From Candidatus Eiseniibacteriota bacterium (GTDB lineage Bacteria; Eisenbacteria; RBG-16-71-46): 58,860 nucleotides of DNA. Where the stretch lies: the NCBI GenBank assembly GCA_038068435.1, contig JBBTLZ010000038.1, positions 1-58,860 of the forward strand. The letters run 5' to 3'. The notes beneath the pieces are model-generated. The model did not search any database and was not told where the DNA came from. It saw nothing but the letters and a program-made list of their open reading frames with translations. Of this stretch, positions 1 to 9,264 are shown piece by piece. A program made the position numbers and the translations under genes. Each line of letters begins with the position of its first letter. Positions within the stretch are counted from its first letter, which is position 1.

Positions 1-1323
1 CGCCTGCTCGGGGATGCCGATGCCGGTGTCCTCCACCCGCAGCGTGATCTCCCGCACGTTCCCGTCCAGCCGGAAGGTCGTCGTGCCTCCGGGCGGCGTG
101 AACTTGACCGCGTTGCTGCCCAGGTGCAGCACCAGCTGCCGCATCTGGTCGCGGTCGGCGTCCACCCGGGTATCGGCCGCCTCGCTGACGAGCTTGAGAG
201 CGACCTGGCTTGCCTGCCCCACCGGCTCCAGCAGCCGCACGGTGTCGGCGACGATCTCCGCCATGTCGACCGGCTGGCGGCGCAGCCGCAGGTGGCCGGA
301 ATCGAAGCGGTTGAGGTCGAGCAGCGACTCGATGAGCCGGGCCAGACGCTGGCTCTCCTCGTTGATGATCTTCAGGAAGCGGACCTGCTGGTCGCGCGGC
401 AGCCCTTCGGGCGGCGCGCCCAGCAGGGTGTCCACATACGCGCGGATGGCGGTCAGCGGCGTGCGCAGCTCGTGCGAGACGGTGGCCACGAAGTTGCTCT
501 TGAGCGCGTTCACTTCCTTCATGCGCTGGGTGGCGTCCTCGAGCTCGCGGGCGTGCGCCTCGAGCTGGCGGTAGAGCCGCGCGTTCTCGATCGCCACCAC
601 CGCATGGTTCCCGAAGATCTCGAGCAGCTCGATGGTCTCGCGCGCGGGCACCATCCGGTCCACCGGATCGTCCACCGAGAAGTACGCGGTCAGCTCGCCC
701 TGGCGGTTGTAGAGCGGGACCAACAGCACGTCGTGCTCGTGCCACTCCCATTCCTCGCGGCGCCCGAGGTCGGCGACGTAGCCGCGCGGCAGGATCTGGT
801 TGAACGACTCCTTGTGGCTGATGAAATACGAGTGGCTCACTTTGAACTCGTCCTTGAGCCACGAGAGGAAGTCATCGAGGCTCACGTCCTCGGCCTCGAG
901 GTTCGCGCGCGCCTCCTCGCCCAGCCCGGCGAACGCGCGGGCGCGCAGCAGGTCGGTCCCGGGCTCGCGCACGCGGATGAGGACGATGCGGAAGCCGAGG
1001 CTCTGCTGGATGGTCTCCGCGATGCGGCTGAGCAGGGTCTCGGGGTCCAGATCCGAGTTGATGTCGCTGACGACCCGGAGGATGTGTTGCAGCTTGTGCG
1101 CGCGTTTGCGATTCTCCTCGAGCTGGTTGAAATAGAGGCGGCTCAACCGCTCGCGGGTCTCCTCCAGCTCCGCGACCTGCTTCTGCAGCGCGCCCGGCTC
1201 GCCCGCCGGCGCCTCGAGGCCGAGGCCCTTCTTGAGATTGACCAGCTCGCGCCGCGCGTTGTCGAGGTCGCGCTTGAGCTTGAGGGTCTCGGCCGAGGGC
1301 GCGGTGCTCTTGCGGTGGCTCAC
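1..1323 (-). CDS. GAF-domain sensor histidine kinase (partial; runs off the window start)
   Basis: Not in the ORF track. Manual translation from GTG at 1323 (GTGA overlap with the upstream stop) gives MSHRKSTAP..., a coiled coil, a GAF (LLVPLYNRQGEL...AIENARLY), H-box VSHELRTPLTAIRAY, N-box GSNAVKFT and G1 VEDTGIGI. Confidence 0.9.
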   Translation of the reverse strand, partial: MSHRKSTAPSAETLKLKRDLDNARRELVNLKKGLGLEAPAGEPGALQKQVAELEETRERLSRLYFNQLEENRKRAHKLQHILRVVSDINSDLDPETLLSRIAETIQQSLGFRIVLIRVREPGTDLLRARAFAGLGEEARANLEAEDVSLDDFLSWLKDEFKVSHSYFISHKESFNQILPRGYVADLGRREEWEWHEHDVLLVPLYNRQGELTAYFSVDDPVDRMVPARETIELLEIFGNHAVVAIENARLYRQLEAHARELEDATQRMKEVNALKSNFVATVSHELRTPLTAIRAYVDTLLGAPPEGLPRDQQVRFLKIINEESQRLARLIESLLDLNRFDSGHLRLRRQPVDMAEIVADTVRLLEPVGQASQVALKLVSEAADTRVDADRDQMRQLVLHLGSNAVKFTPPGGTTTFRLDGNVREITLRVEDTGIGIPEQA

Positions 1324-3644
1324 GAATCGCCTCCCTCGCGCTCGAGCACGCGCAGCAGCGCTTCGACCACGCGCGGGTCGAACTGGCTCCCCGCCCCATC
1401 CCGCAGCTGGGCGAGCGCCTCTTCGCGGCGGCGCGGTGGCCGGTAGGGCCGGCCGGCGGTCATGCTCTCGTAGGCGTCCACCGCCGCCAGCACCCGGCTG
1501 CCGAGCGGGATCTCCTCGCCCGCGATCCCGCGCGGGTAGCCGGAGCCGTCCCAGCGCTCGTGGTGGCTGAGGATCAGCTCGCGCACCGAGCCCAGGTATT
1601 CCAGCGGGCGGATGATCTCGACACTCACCTCGGGGTGCTGGAACACCTGTTGGCGCTCGTCGTCCTTCAGCGGCCGCGCTGCGCGCAGCACCTGGTCGTG
1701 CACGCGGGTCATGCCGAGGTCGTGGATCGCGGCCACGTAGCCGATCACGTCGATGTCCGCGCCGCTCATGCCCAGCTCGCGGGCGGTGGCGCGCGCGAGC
1801 CGCACCACGCTGCGGGTGCCGAGCAGGTAGTCGCGGCGCAGCCGCGTGAGGCTGCGGACCGCCTCCAGCGCCTCGTCGACGGCACGGCCGCTGTCCGGGT
1901 AGGCGTAGGTGCGCTCGACGGCGCTGCCGATCCGCTCGACCAGCGCCACCATGAGCGCCAGGTCGTGCTCGTCGAAGGCGGCGCCCGACACCTTGTTGTT
2001 CACGTTGAGCACCCCCAGCACCTCGCCCTCGACCCGCAGGGGGACGCTCAGGAGCGACTTGGTGCTGTACTGCGGATGGTTGAGGCGCAGGAAGCGCCGG
2101 TCGGTCTCGATGTTGTTCACGAGCACCGGCTTGCCCCACGCCGCCACCGAGCCCGCCACACCCGAGCGCACCGTGATGCGGCGCTCGGCCAGGTTCTGGC
2201 CCTCGAGACCACGCGAGGCGACGATGAACAGGTCGCCGCGATCCGGGTCCACCACCATGAGCGAGACGATCTCGGCGTCCATCGCCGCGGCCACCATCTC
2301 GGCGGTCTGGTCGAACAGCGCGCGCAGATCGGAGCGGAGCGCGATCTGGCGCGCGATGCGTCGCGCCGCCGGCGACGCCATCTGGCGCAGCGGCAGGACG
2401 AAGCAGAAGCGGCTGCCGCCGGTCCCCTTCGACTCGACCCAGATGCGGCCGCCGTGCAGCTCGACGATGCCGCGCGCGATCGCCAGGCCCAGCCCCGTGC
2501 CCTCCACCTGCTGCTCGCCCGGCCGGCGGCCGCGGAAGAAGCGCTCGAACACGCGGGGCAGGTCCTCGGACGGGATGCCGGGGCCCTCGTCCTCGACCGA
2601 CCCCGTCCACTCCTCGCCCTGTGCCGCGGCGCGCACCCGCACGACCCCGCCCACCGGCGAGAACTTGACGGCGTTGCCGAGCAGGTTGAGGAACAGGCGG
2701 CGCAGCAGGTCGGCATCCGCTTCGACCAGCAGGGTCGGATCGGCCGCGACCTCGATCGCGATCTGGCGCGGGCGCGAGACGGCATGGAGCGAATCCGCGA
2801 CCTCCTGGACCATGCGCCCCAGGTCGAAGCGGCTCAGGCGCAGCGGCCGCTGGCCCGCCTCGAGCCGCGAGAGGTCGAGGATGTCGGTGACCAGACGCGT
2901 CAGGCGGTCGCACTCGTCGTTGATGATGCCGAGGAAGCGCTCGCGCGGCGTGTGCGGGTTGGCCAGCGAGTCGAGCAGCGTCTCGGTGTAGGCCTTGATG
3001 GCGGTCAGCGGCGTGCGGATCTCGTGGGCGACGACCGACATGAGATTGGACGACGCCTCCTCGTCGGCGCTCAGCTGCCGCTCGAGCTCCGCGAGGCGCT
3101 GGTGCTCCTCGGCGAGCAGCCTGCGCAGCTCGAAGCGCTCGAGGGTCATCGCCAGCGCGTCGCCCAGCGTTTGTAGGAACAGCCGGTCGGCGGCGCCGAA
3201 GGGCCGCGGCCGGCTGAAGCTGACCAGCACGAACCCGTACACCATGCTCCCGGTCGCCAGCGGGACGGTGGCGAGCGCCGCCGGGGTGTCCACCCACAGC
3301 AGCGTCTCGCGCGGGGCGTGTTCGAGGACGCCGTCGTCGAACAGGGCGGTCTCGCTGCGCATCACCGCCTCGACGGGCCCGCCGTGCTCGGGCAGGTAGG
3401 GCGTCTCCACGCCGGAGTCCTCGATCAACCGCAGCGCGCCGCTGCGCGGGTCCACGCGCAGCAGCCGCGACGCGGAGGCCTCGAGCGCGCTCACCGCGCA
3501 GGCGCAGGCGATCGCGCACGCGGTGCCCAGGTCGCCGGTGCTCCGCAGCGCGAGCACCGCCTGGGCCAGCATCGCCAGCCCCTCGCCCGCCAGCGCGGGC
3601 GCGCCCTGCCCGGGTCGCGCGGTCTGGCTGCTGCTCGCGGTCAT
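1320..3644 (-). CDS. GAF-HisKA-HATPase-GAF-HD-GYP fusion protein
   Basis: H-box AHEIRTPLTAIKAY, N-box GNAVKFS, DEGPGI, GTGLGL; second GAF (SLLSVPLRVEGEVLGVLNV); C-terminal IHDLG, HHERWDGSGYP, RPYR. Start set at ATG 3644 after a GGAGG RBS. Confidence 0.9.
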   Translation of the reverse strand: MTASSSQTARPGQGAPALAGEGLAMLAQAVLALRSTGDLGTACAIACACAVSALEASASRLLRVDPRSGALRLIEDSGVETPYLPEHGGPVEAVMRSETALFDDGVLEHAPRETLLWVDTPAALATVPLATGSMVYGFVLVSFSRPRPFGAADRLFLQTLGDALAMTLERFELRRLLAEEHQRLAELERQLSADEEASSNLMSVVAHEIRTPLTAIKAYTETLLDSLANPHTPRERFLGIINDECDRLTRLVTDILDLSRLEAGQRPLRLSRFDLGRMVQEVADSLHAVSRPRQIAIEVAADPTLLVEADADLLRRLFLNLLGNAVKFSPVGGVVRVRAAAQGEEWTGSVEDEGPGIPSEDLPRVFERFFRGRRPGEQQVEGTGLGLAIARGIVELHGGRIWVESKGTGGSRFCFVLPLRQMASPAARRIARQIALRSDLRALFDQTAEMVAAAMDAEIVSLMVVDPDRGDLFIVASRGLEGQNLAERRITVRSGVAGSVAAWGKPVLVNNIETDRRFLRLNHPQYSTKSLLSVPLRVEGEVLGVLNVNNKVSGAAFDEHDLALMVALVERIGSAVERTYAYPDSGRAVDEALEAVRSLTRLRRDYLLGTRSVVRLARATARELGMSGADIDVIGYVAAIHDLGMTRVHDQVLRAARPLKDDERQQVFQHPEVSVEIIRPLEYLGSVRELILSHHERWDGSGYPRGIAGEEIPLGSRVLAAVDAYESMTAGRPYRPPRRREEALAQLRDGAGSQFDPRVVEALLRVLEREGGDS

Positions 3645-3675
3645 GCGCTTGCCTCCTGCCCCGGTCGGGCGGTCG

Positions 3676-4647
3676 TCAGGCGACCTGCTTGGCGTCCCCG
3701 CCCGGGCCACCGTCGCTGCGCGTCCGCCGCTCGCCGACCAGCACGCTGCCCGGGATGCCCTTGCCGTGGGTCTTGAGCTCCTGCGCCACGTCGATCAGCT
3801 CGGCCAGGTGCGACACCGGCATGCGGTCGGTGCTGACCAGCGCAATCGTGAGGCTCATGAGCGGGAACCGCTCGGTGATGTGCCGCCGGTTGGGCACCTC
3901 GATGGATCCCCGATCGCGGTCTTCGGGGTCGTAGAGCTCCCGCACCGCGCGGTTGAACCCGGCGATGATGTCCTCGGCCACCGCCTCGGCGCGCTCGGGC
4001 TCGGTGAGCAGCACGAAGTCGTCGCCACCGATGTGGCCGACGAAGTCGTCGCCGGCACTGTGCTTCTGGGCGGCGTCGAGGATGATCCGCGCCAGGGTCT
4101 GGATCGCCTGGTCGCCGCGCGTGTAGCCGTAGTGGTCGTTGAACGACTTGAAGAAGTCGATGTCGATCTGGAGCATCGCGAACGGGGCGCCCCGCGACAG
4201 CCGGCGCTGCAGCTCCTCGTTGATGGAGTGGTTGCCCGGGAGCCCGGTGAGCGGGCTGGCGGAGCGCTGCTGGCGGCTCCACTCCAGCGCGTTCTTGATG
4301 CGCAGCACGAGTTCGCGCCTGCCCCACGGCTTGGTGACGTAGTCGTTGGCGCCGCCCTCGAGGCCGGTGATGCGGGCGTCCTCATCGCCGCGGGCGGTCA
4401 GCATGATGATCGGGATGTGGCGCGTCACGTACGAAGCCCGCAGGCGGCGGCACACCTCGTGGCCGTCCATCTGCGGCATCATCACGTCCAGCAGCACCAG
4501 GTCGGGGAAGACACGCTGCGCCGTCTCGAGCGCGACCTGGCCGTCCTCCGCCTCGATCACCTCGTAGCCCGCGTTCTGGAGCTGGAGGGTCAGCACCTGA
4601 CGGAGGTTGCGCTCGTCTTCGGCGACCAGGATCCGGGGTTTCGACAC
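3676..4647 (-). CDS. Response regulator / diguanylate cyclase (REC-GGDEF)
   Basis: REC (LVAEDE, LLDVMMP, DYVTKP) plus LTGLPG, DIDFFKSFND.YG..GD and a GGDDF active-site motif. Confidence 0.93.
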   Translation of the reverse strand: MSKPRILVAEDERNLRQVLTLQLQNAGYEVIEAEDGQVALETAQRVFPDLVLLDVMMPQMDGHEVCRRLRASYVTRHIPIIMLTARGDEDARITGLEGGANDYVTKPWGRRELVLRIKNALEWSRQQRSASPLTGLPGNHSINEELQRRLSRGAPFAMLQIDIDFFKSFNDHYGYTRGDQAIQTLARIILDAAQKHSAGDDFVGHIGGDDFVLLTEPERAEAVAEDIIAGFNRAVRELYDPEDRDRGSIEVPNRRHITERFPLMSLTIALVSTDRMPVSHLAELIDVAQELKTHGKGIPGSVLVGERRTRSDGGPGGDAKQVA

Positions 4648-4856
4648 GCTGCCTCATCCCTGGGTTGGGTAGGGCGGCACGGCGCGGGACACCCTCGTCC
4701 GAAGGGGCCTCGCCGGACCGGCGCTTCACTGCGCTATGGCATCGGCAGGCCGGCGGGCGGACTGAAGCGGAACCTCGAGGCCCGGAGGATGCGTCCTGCT
4801 TGGGAGGCAAGGACTTAGGGCAGGGAGACGGCCCGGCCGGGGAGTCTCCCGCGGAG

Positions 4857-5924
4857 TCAGTCGCGCGGGACCGGCAGGCCCGAGGCCTCCAGCGAGGCGA
4901 CCGCGTCGAGCTCCGGGTCGCTGGGGGTACCCCGCGCGAGGCTCCAGGCACCGACCAGCGCCACCATCGCCGCGTTGTCCGCGCACAGCCGTGGTGATGG
5001 GATGCGCAACGCCACGCCGCGTCGTCCGCACGCGGCCTCGAGCCGGCGGCGCAGCTCGCGGTTGCACGCGACGCCGCCGCCGAGCAGGAGTGTCTCCGCG
5101 CCGGTCTCGGAGAGGGCGCGCATGCACTTGGCGACCAGCGTGTCCACCACCGCCGCCTGGAACGAGGCCGCGACGTCCGCGACCCGCGCCGGCGGGTAGG
5201 GCGGCGGGCCGTGCGGCGCGAGGGCCAGCGCCACCGCGGTCTTGAGCCCCGAGAACGAGAAATCGAGTCCGGGCTGCTGGAGCATCGGCCGCGGCAGATC
5301 GAAGGCGGCCGGGTCGCCGTCGGCGGCGAGGCGGTCGATGACCGGTCCGCCCGGGAAGCCCAGGCCGAGCAGTTTCGCGACCTTGTCGTATGCCTCGCCC
5401 GCCGCATCGTCGCGCGTGCTGCCGAGCCAGCGGTAGGCACCGAAGCCGCGCACCTCGACCAGCTCGGTGTGGCCGCCCGAGACCACCAGTACCACCGCCG
5501 GCCACGGGCCCTCGCCGTGCTCGAGCGCGGTGGCGTGCAGGTGGCCCTCGATGTGGTTGACCCCGACCACCGGGATGCCGAGCGCCAGCGCGTAGGCCTT
5601 CGCGAAGGCCACCCCCACCACCAGCGAGCCGACCAGCCCCGGCGCGCGCGTCACCGCGACCGCGGTGAGATCGACCGCGGCGACCCGTGCTTCCGCGAGT
5701 GCCGCCGCCACCAGGCGCGGCAGCAGCTCCAGGTGGGCGCGGGCCGCCAGCTCCGGCACCACGCCGCCGTAGAGCCGGTGCAGGTCCTGCCCGGCGATCA
5801 GGTGCGCGCGCAGGGTGCGCGCGTCCTCGAGCACGGCGACCGAGGTGTCGTCGCACGAGGTCTCGATGCCCAGCACGAGGCGGGCGGCGCCGGTCATGGC
5901 ACCAGGTCCCGGCGCGCCGATCAT
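4857..5924 (-). CDS. tsaD: tRNA N6-adenosine threonylcarbamoyltransferase
   Basis: LGIETSCDDT, GGVVPELAARAH, VNHIEGH, VSGGHT, DDAAGEAYDK, FSFSGLKT, DNAAM. Start at ATG 5924 (ATGA overlap with cutA) or at 5897. Confidence 0.96.
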   Translation of the reverse strand: MIGAPGPGAMTGAARLVLGIETSCDDTSVAVLEDARTLRAHLIAGQDLHRLYGGVVPELAARAHLELLPRLVAAALAEARVAAVDLTAVAVTRAPGLVGSLVVGVAFAKAYALALGIPVVGVNHIEGHLHATALEHGEGPWPAVVLVVSGGHTELVEVRGFGAYRWLGSTRDDAAGEAYDKVAKLLGLGFPGGPVIDRLAADGDPAAFDLPRPMLQQPGLDFSFSGLKTAVALALAPHGPPPYPPARVADVAASFQAAVVDTLVAKCMRALSETGAETLLLGGGVACNRELRRRLEAACGRRGVALRIPSPRLCADNAAMVALVGAWSLARGTPSDPELDAVASLEASGLPVPRD

Positions 5925-6250
5925 CCTTCCTCCGGCGCCAGCGCGGCTTCGAGCCAGGCCATGTACTTCGGCGCCCCTGCGGCGATGCGCACGGCGATGC
6001 ACTCGGGCGTGTCGTAGGGATGCAGCTCGTGCAGGCGCGAGATGAGCGCGGTCCAGTCCTGCTTGCGCGTCTTCATCAGCACGACCACCTCGGACTGGTC
6101 CGCGACCTGGCCCTGCCACCGGTAGAGCGAGCGGGCGCCGGGCAGCAGGTTGCCGCAGGCGATCAGGCGTTCCTCGACCAGTGTTCGCACCACGCGGGCC
6201 GCGTCCTCGGCGTTGGCGAAGGCGGTGAAGACCAGCAGCATCTCGGTCAC
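5921..6250 (-). CDS. cutA: Divalent-cation tolerance protein CutA
   Basis: LVEERLIACGN, SLYRWQG, LHPYDTPE, YMAWL. Confidence 0.93.
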   Translation of the reverse strand: MTEMLLVFTAFANAEDAARVVRTLVEERLIACGNLLPGARSLYRWQGQVADQSEVVVLMKTRKQDWTALISRLHELHPYDTPECIAVRIAAGAPKYMAWLEAALAPEEG

Positions 6251-6349
6251 GGGCCCCTCCCTCCGGGCGTCGTCGAGGGTCGGTCCACCGACGCTTCCTC
6301 CGGACGTCCCCTCCTGACTTCAACGGGCGGCGGAGTGTAGCATCCCCCC

Positions 6350-8131
6350 GTGCGGCCCCCGGATCCGACCCGTCACGCCTCGGCGCGCGCCATCGCGCTC
6401 GCGACGCTCGCGCTCGCCACCGGCGCGGCGACTCGCGGTGCCCCCGGATCGACCGCGCGGCTGCCGGCGATCGTGTTCGTCTCCCGCATGCCGGTGCCGG
6501 GCGCGCCCCTGGCGATCCCCGGCCTGGGCCCGCACCACCGCGCGGTGGTCACCGGCGGGCGCCTGCGGGTGCGCGAGCCCGACGGCCGGCTGCGCGAGCT
6601 GCTCCCGCCCGGCGCCTTCTTCGACGTGAGCGACCCGTCGGTCTCGCGCGACGCGCGGCGGATCGCCTTCGCCGCCGTCACCCACGCCGACAGCGCGTGG
6701 CGGCTCTGGGTGGTGGATCTGGACGGGAGCGACCTGCGGCAGGTCACCTTCCCCTGGCGCGCCGTGGACCTCTCGCCGCTCGGCCCGGCGGCCTCGCGCT
6801 TGGAGCGCTACGACGATCTGGATCCCTGCTGGATCGGCGATTCGTCGCTCTGCTTCGCCAGCACGCGCTATCCGCAGCGGGCCCAGTACGCCGACGTGCC
6901 GGTGACCAACCTGTTCGAGACGAGCGTCCCGGGGCCGGGCGTCTCGGCGGACGACGATCCGATCCGCATCACGGCCGAGCGCAACGGCGCCGAGGAGCCG
7001 GCGATGGATTGGCGCCACGGCCGGATCGTGTTCGCGCGGTGGTGGTTCAACCGCTACCGCGCGGCCAACACGCCGATCGGGCTCGCCACCGATGCGCCCG
7101 AGGCCATCCCCGCGGACAGCGTGAACCTGTGGCAGCCGATGGAGGTGACCCCGTTGCACCATCGCACGCGCCTCGCCGCCGGCGACCTGCGCACGCGGCG
7201 CGGCAGCATGGGCTATCAGCCCGCCGTCCTCGCCGACGGCTCGATCGCCGCGGTCTACGCCGCGAACCTGGGCCTCTCGCCGCAGCCGGGCGGGACCGGC
7301 ATCCAGCGGCTTCCGGGCCGCTTCGGCGCGGCGCGGCGGCTCGCGGGCGCGATCGTCGCCGGCCGCGCCGGTGACGTGTACAGCGGTACCCAGGGACTGG
7401 CCCCGCCTTCGGCCTGCTCGCCCGTGGGCCTGCCGGACGGGCGCGTGCTGTTCTCGTACAGCCCCGGTGCCCGCGGCGACTTCGGCCTCTACCTCGTGAA
7501 CGCGGACGGCTCGGGGCTGACACGCGTGCTCGACCTGCCCGGCACGCTCGAGCTGGACGCGGCGCCGGTGGTGCGGCAGCCCGGGCCGCCGCGGGAGGAA
7601 ACACCTGAAGGAGACGAACTCGAAGACCCGGTGGAGGCCGCCCGGCGTGCCGCCGCGCAACGCCGGCCCGTGCCGGGACTCCCGCCCGATCTCCCGGCCA
7701 CGCGCGCGGAGTGGATCGGCGGTGGGCGCGGCACGTTCCGCTTCCACGATCTCGATGTGTTCGCGGACGGACCGCCCGACTCGCCCGTCCACGGGGCGGT
7801 GCCGCGGACGCCGGGTGCGCGCATCCGCTTCTTCGCCACGCTCGCCCGTGCCGAGCGCGCGGGCGGCGACACGGCGGTGATGCTGCGCGAGGTCGCGGTC
7901 GGCCCGCGTGGCGAGGTCGACGAGGGCGGCCTGCCCGCCGACACCCCCATGTTCGAGCAGCTGGTGGATGCGGCGGGGCGCGTGCTCATGACCGCCCGCG
8001 GGCCCGCGCACGTGGCCGGCCTCAACGCCGGCGTGGCGGGGTTCACCAGCCGCTGCGTGGGATGCCACGTCGGCCACTCGACGCTGCTGAGGGAGCTGGC
8101 TGGGCACACGCGGGACGGAGCGAGGCGATGA
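6350..8131 (+). CDS. Exported TolB/PD40 beta-propeller protein with a hydrazine-synthase-alpha-like domain and a C-terminal CxxCH heme c motif
   Basis: Signal-like N-terminus; DVSDPSVSRDARRIAF, DLDGSDLRQVT, LYLVNADGSGLTRV; LPADTPMFEQLVDAAG followed by SRCVGCH. Confidence 0.72.
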   Translation: MRPPDPTRHASARAIALATLALATGAATRGAPGSTARLPAIVFVSRMPVPGAPLAIPGLGPHHRAVVTGGRLRVREPDGRLRELLPPGAFFDVSDPSVSRDARRIAFAAVTHADSAWRLWVVDLDGSDLRQVTFPWRAVDLSPLGPAASRLERYDDLDPCWIGDSSLCFASTRYPQRAQYADVPVTNLFETSVPGPGVSADDDPIRITAERNGAEEPAMDWRHGRIVFARWWFNRYRAANTPIGLATDAPEAIPADSVNLWQPMEVTPLHHRTRLAAGDLRTRRGSMGYQPAVLADGSIAAVYAANLGLSPQPGGTGIQRLPGRFGAARRLAGAIVAGRAGDVYSGTQGLAPPSACSPVGLPDGRVLFSYSPGARGDFGLYLVNADGSGLTRVLDLPGTLELDAAPVVRQPGPPREETPEGDELEDPVEAARRAAAQRRPVPGLPPDLPATRAEWIGGGRGTFRFHDLDVFADGPPDSPVHGAVPRTPGARIRFFATLARAERAGGDTAVMLREVAVGPRGEVDEGGLPADTPMFEQLVDAAGRVLMTARGPAHVAGLNAGVAGFTSRCVGCHVGHSTLLRELAGHTRDGARR

Positions 8132-9237
8132 GCGCCGACGCCCGGCTGTCGATCCTCCACCTCTGCGGCGAGGGCCACCCGTCCGGCCAGACCCGCGTCA
8201 TCCTCGACCTGGCGCGCGCCCAGACGGGGGCTGGCCATCGCGTGACGGTGGGCTGCCCCGCGGGCTCGGTGCTGGAGGAGAGTGTCCGCGCAGCCGGGGT
8301 CGCCGCCGCGCCGCTCTCCTTCGACGACAACGCCGCAACCGGGACGGCCATCGCCCGCATCGCCGCCGAGTGCGGCGCCGAGGTGGTCAACGCGCACTCC
8401 TCGCTCGACCGCAAGGCTGTGCTGTGGGCGCGCGCGCACGCCGGCCTGCGCTCCGCGGTGGTCTTCACGCGGCACGTGCGCACGCGCACCTTTCCGCTCA
8501 AGCTGTGGTGGCAGTGCCGGCAGGTGGAGCGGGTGATCGCGGTGAGCGGGGATGTCGCGGCCCGGCTGATCGCGCGCGGCGCGCCGGGTGCCAAGATCGT
8601 GGTGGTGCCGAACGGCCTGCCGCCCGAGTTCCTGCGCGATCCCCCGGGTGAGGCGGCGGTCGCCGCGGCGCGCGCCCACATCGGGCGCCTGCCCGGGGCG
8701 CCGATCGTCGGCGTGGTCTCGCGGCGCAAGGCGCAGGAGGTGCTGCTGCGGGCGGTGCGGCACATCGGCCGTCCGCTCAACATCGCCCTGATCGGGGTCG
8801 GCCCCGAGCCGCCGCTGGAGCGTCTCGCCGGGGCGACGCCGCGGCACGCGGTGACGTTCGTGCCGTTCGTCGCCGACCCGCGGCCCTACTACGCGTGCCT
8901 GAGCGTCTCGGCGCTGCCCTCGCGCCAGGAAGGGCTCTCGATCGCCCAGCTCGAATCGATGGCGCTCGGCATCCCGTTCGTGGGCAGCCGCTTCGCCGGC
9001 ATCCCCGACCTGACCACCGACGGTGTGGACGGGCTGCTGGTCCCGCACGGCGACACGCGCGCGTGGGCGCGCGCGATCGAGCGCCTGCTGGACGAGCCGG
9101 GGCTGGCCGCGCGGCTGGCGGAGGCGGCGCGGCGGAAGGTGCTCGAGTCGTTCACCTTCGATCGCACGCTGGAGCGCACCGAAGCGGCCTACCGCCAGGC
9201 GATCGCGGCGCGCTCGGGAACCCGCGAAGCCCGCTGA
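8128..9237 (+). CDS. Glycosyltransferase family 4 (GT-B)
   Basis: ATG 8128 overlaps the upstream TGA; VIAVS, VVPNG, PSRQEGLSIAQLESMALGIP (EX7E), DGVDGLLVP. Confidence 0.9.
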   Translation: MSADARLSILHLCGEGHPSGQTRVILDLARAQTGAGHRVTVGCPAGSVLEESVRAAGVAAAPLSFDDNAATGTAIARIAAECGAEVVNAHSSLDRKAVLWARAHAGLRSAVVFTRHVRTRTFPLKLWWQCRQVERVIAVSGDVAARLIARGAPGAKIVVVPNGLPPEFLRDPPGEAAVAAARAHIGRLPGAPIVGVVSRRKAQEVLLRAVRHIGRPLNIALIGVGPEPPLERLAGATPRHAVTFVPFVADPRPYYACLSVSALPSRQEGLSIAQLESMALGIPFVGSRFAGIPDLTTDGVDGLLVPHGDTRAWARAIERLLDEPGLAARLAEAARRKVLESFTFDRTLERTEAAYRQAIAARSGTREAR

Positions 9238-9264
9238 GGCCGGACGGGCGGAGACCCGACGGGC

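Noticed and set aside
14-3399. Plus-strand ORFs of 186-538 aa opposite the kinase genes
   Set aside because: Antisense shadows typical of high-GC DNA; the motif-bearing frames are on the minus strand.
6350-8131. Anammox hydrazine synthase
   Set aside because: Only one CxxCH, shorter than HzsA, and no hzsB/hzsC nearby.
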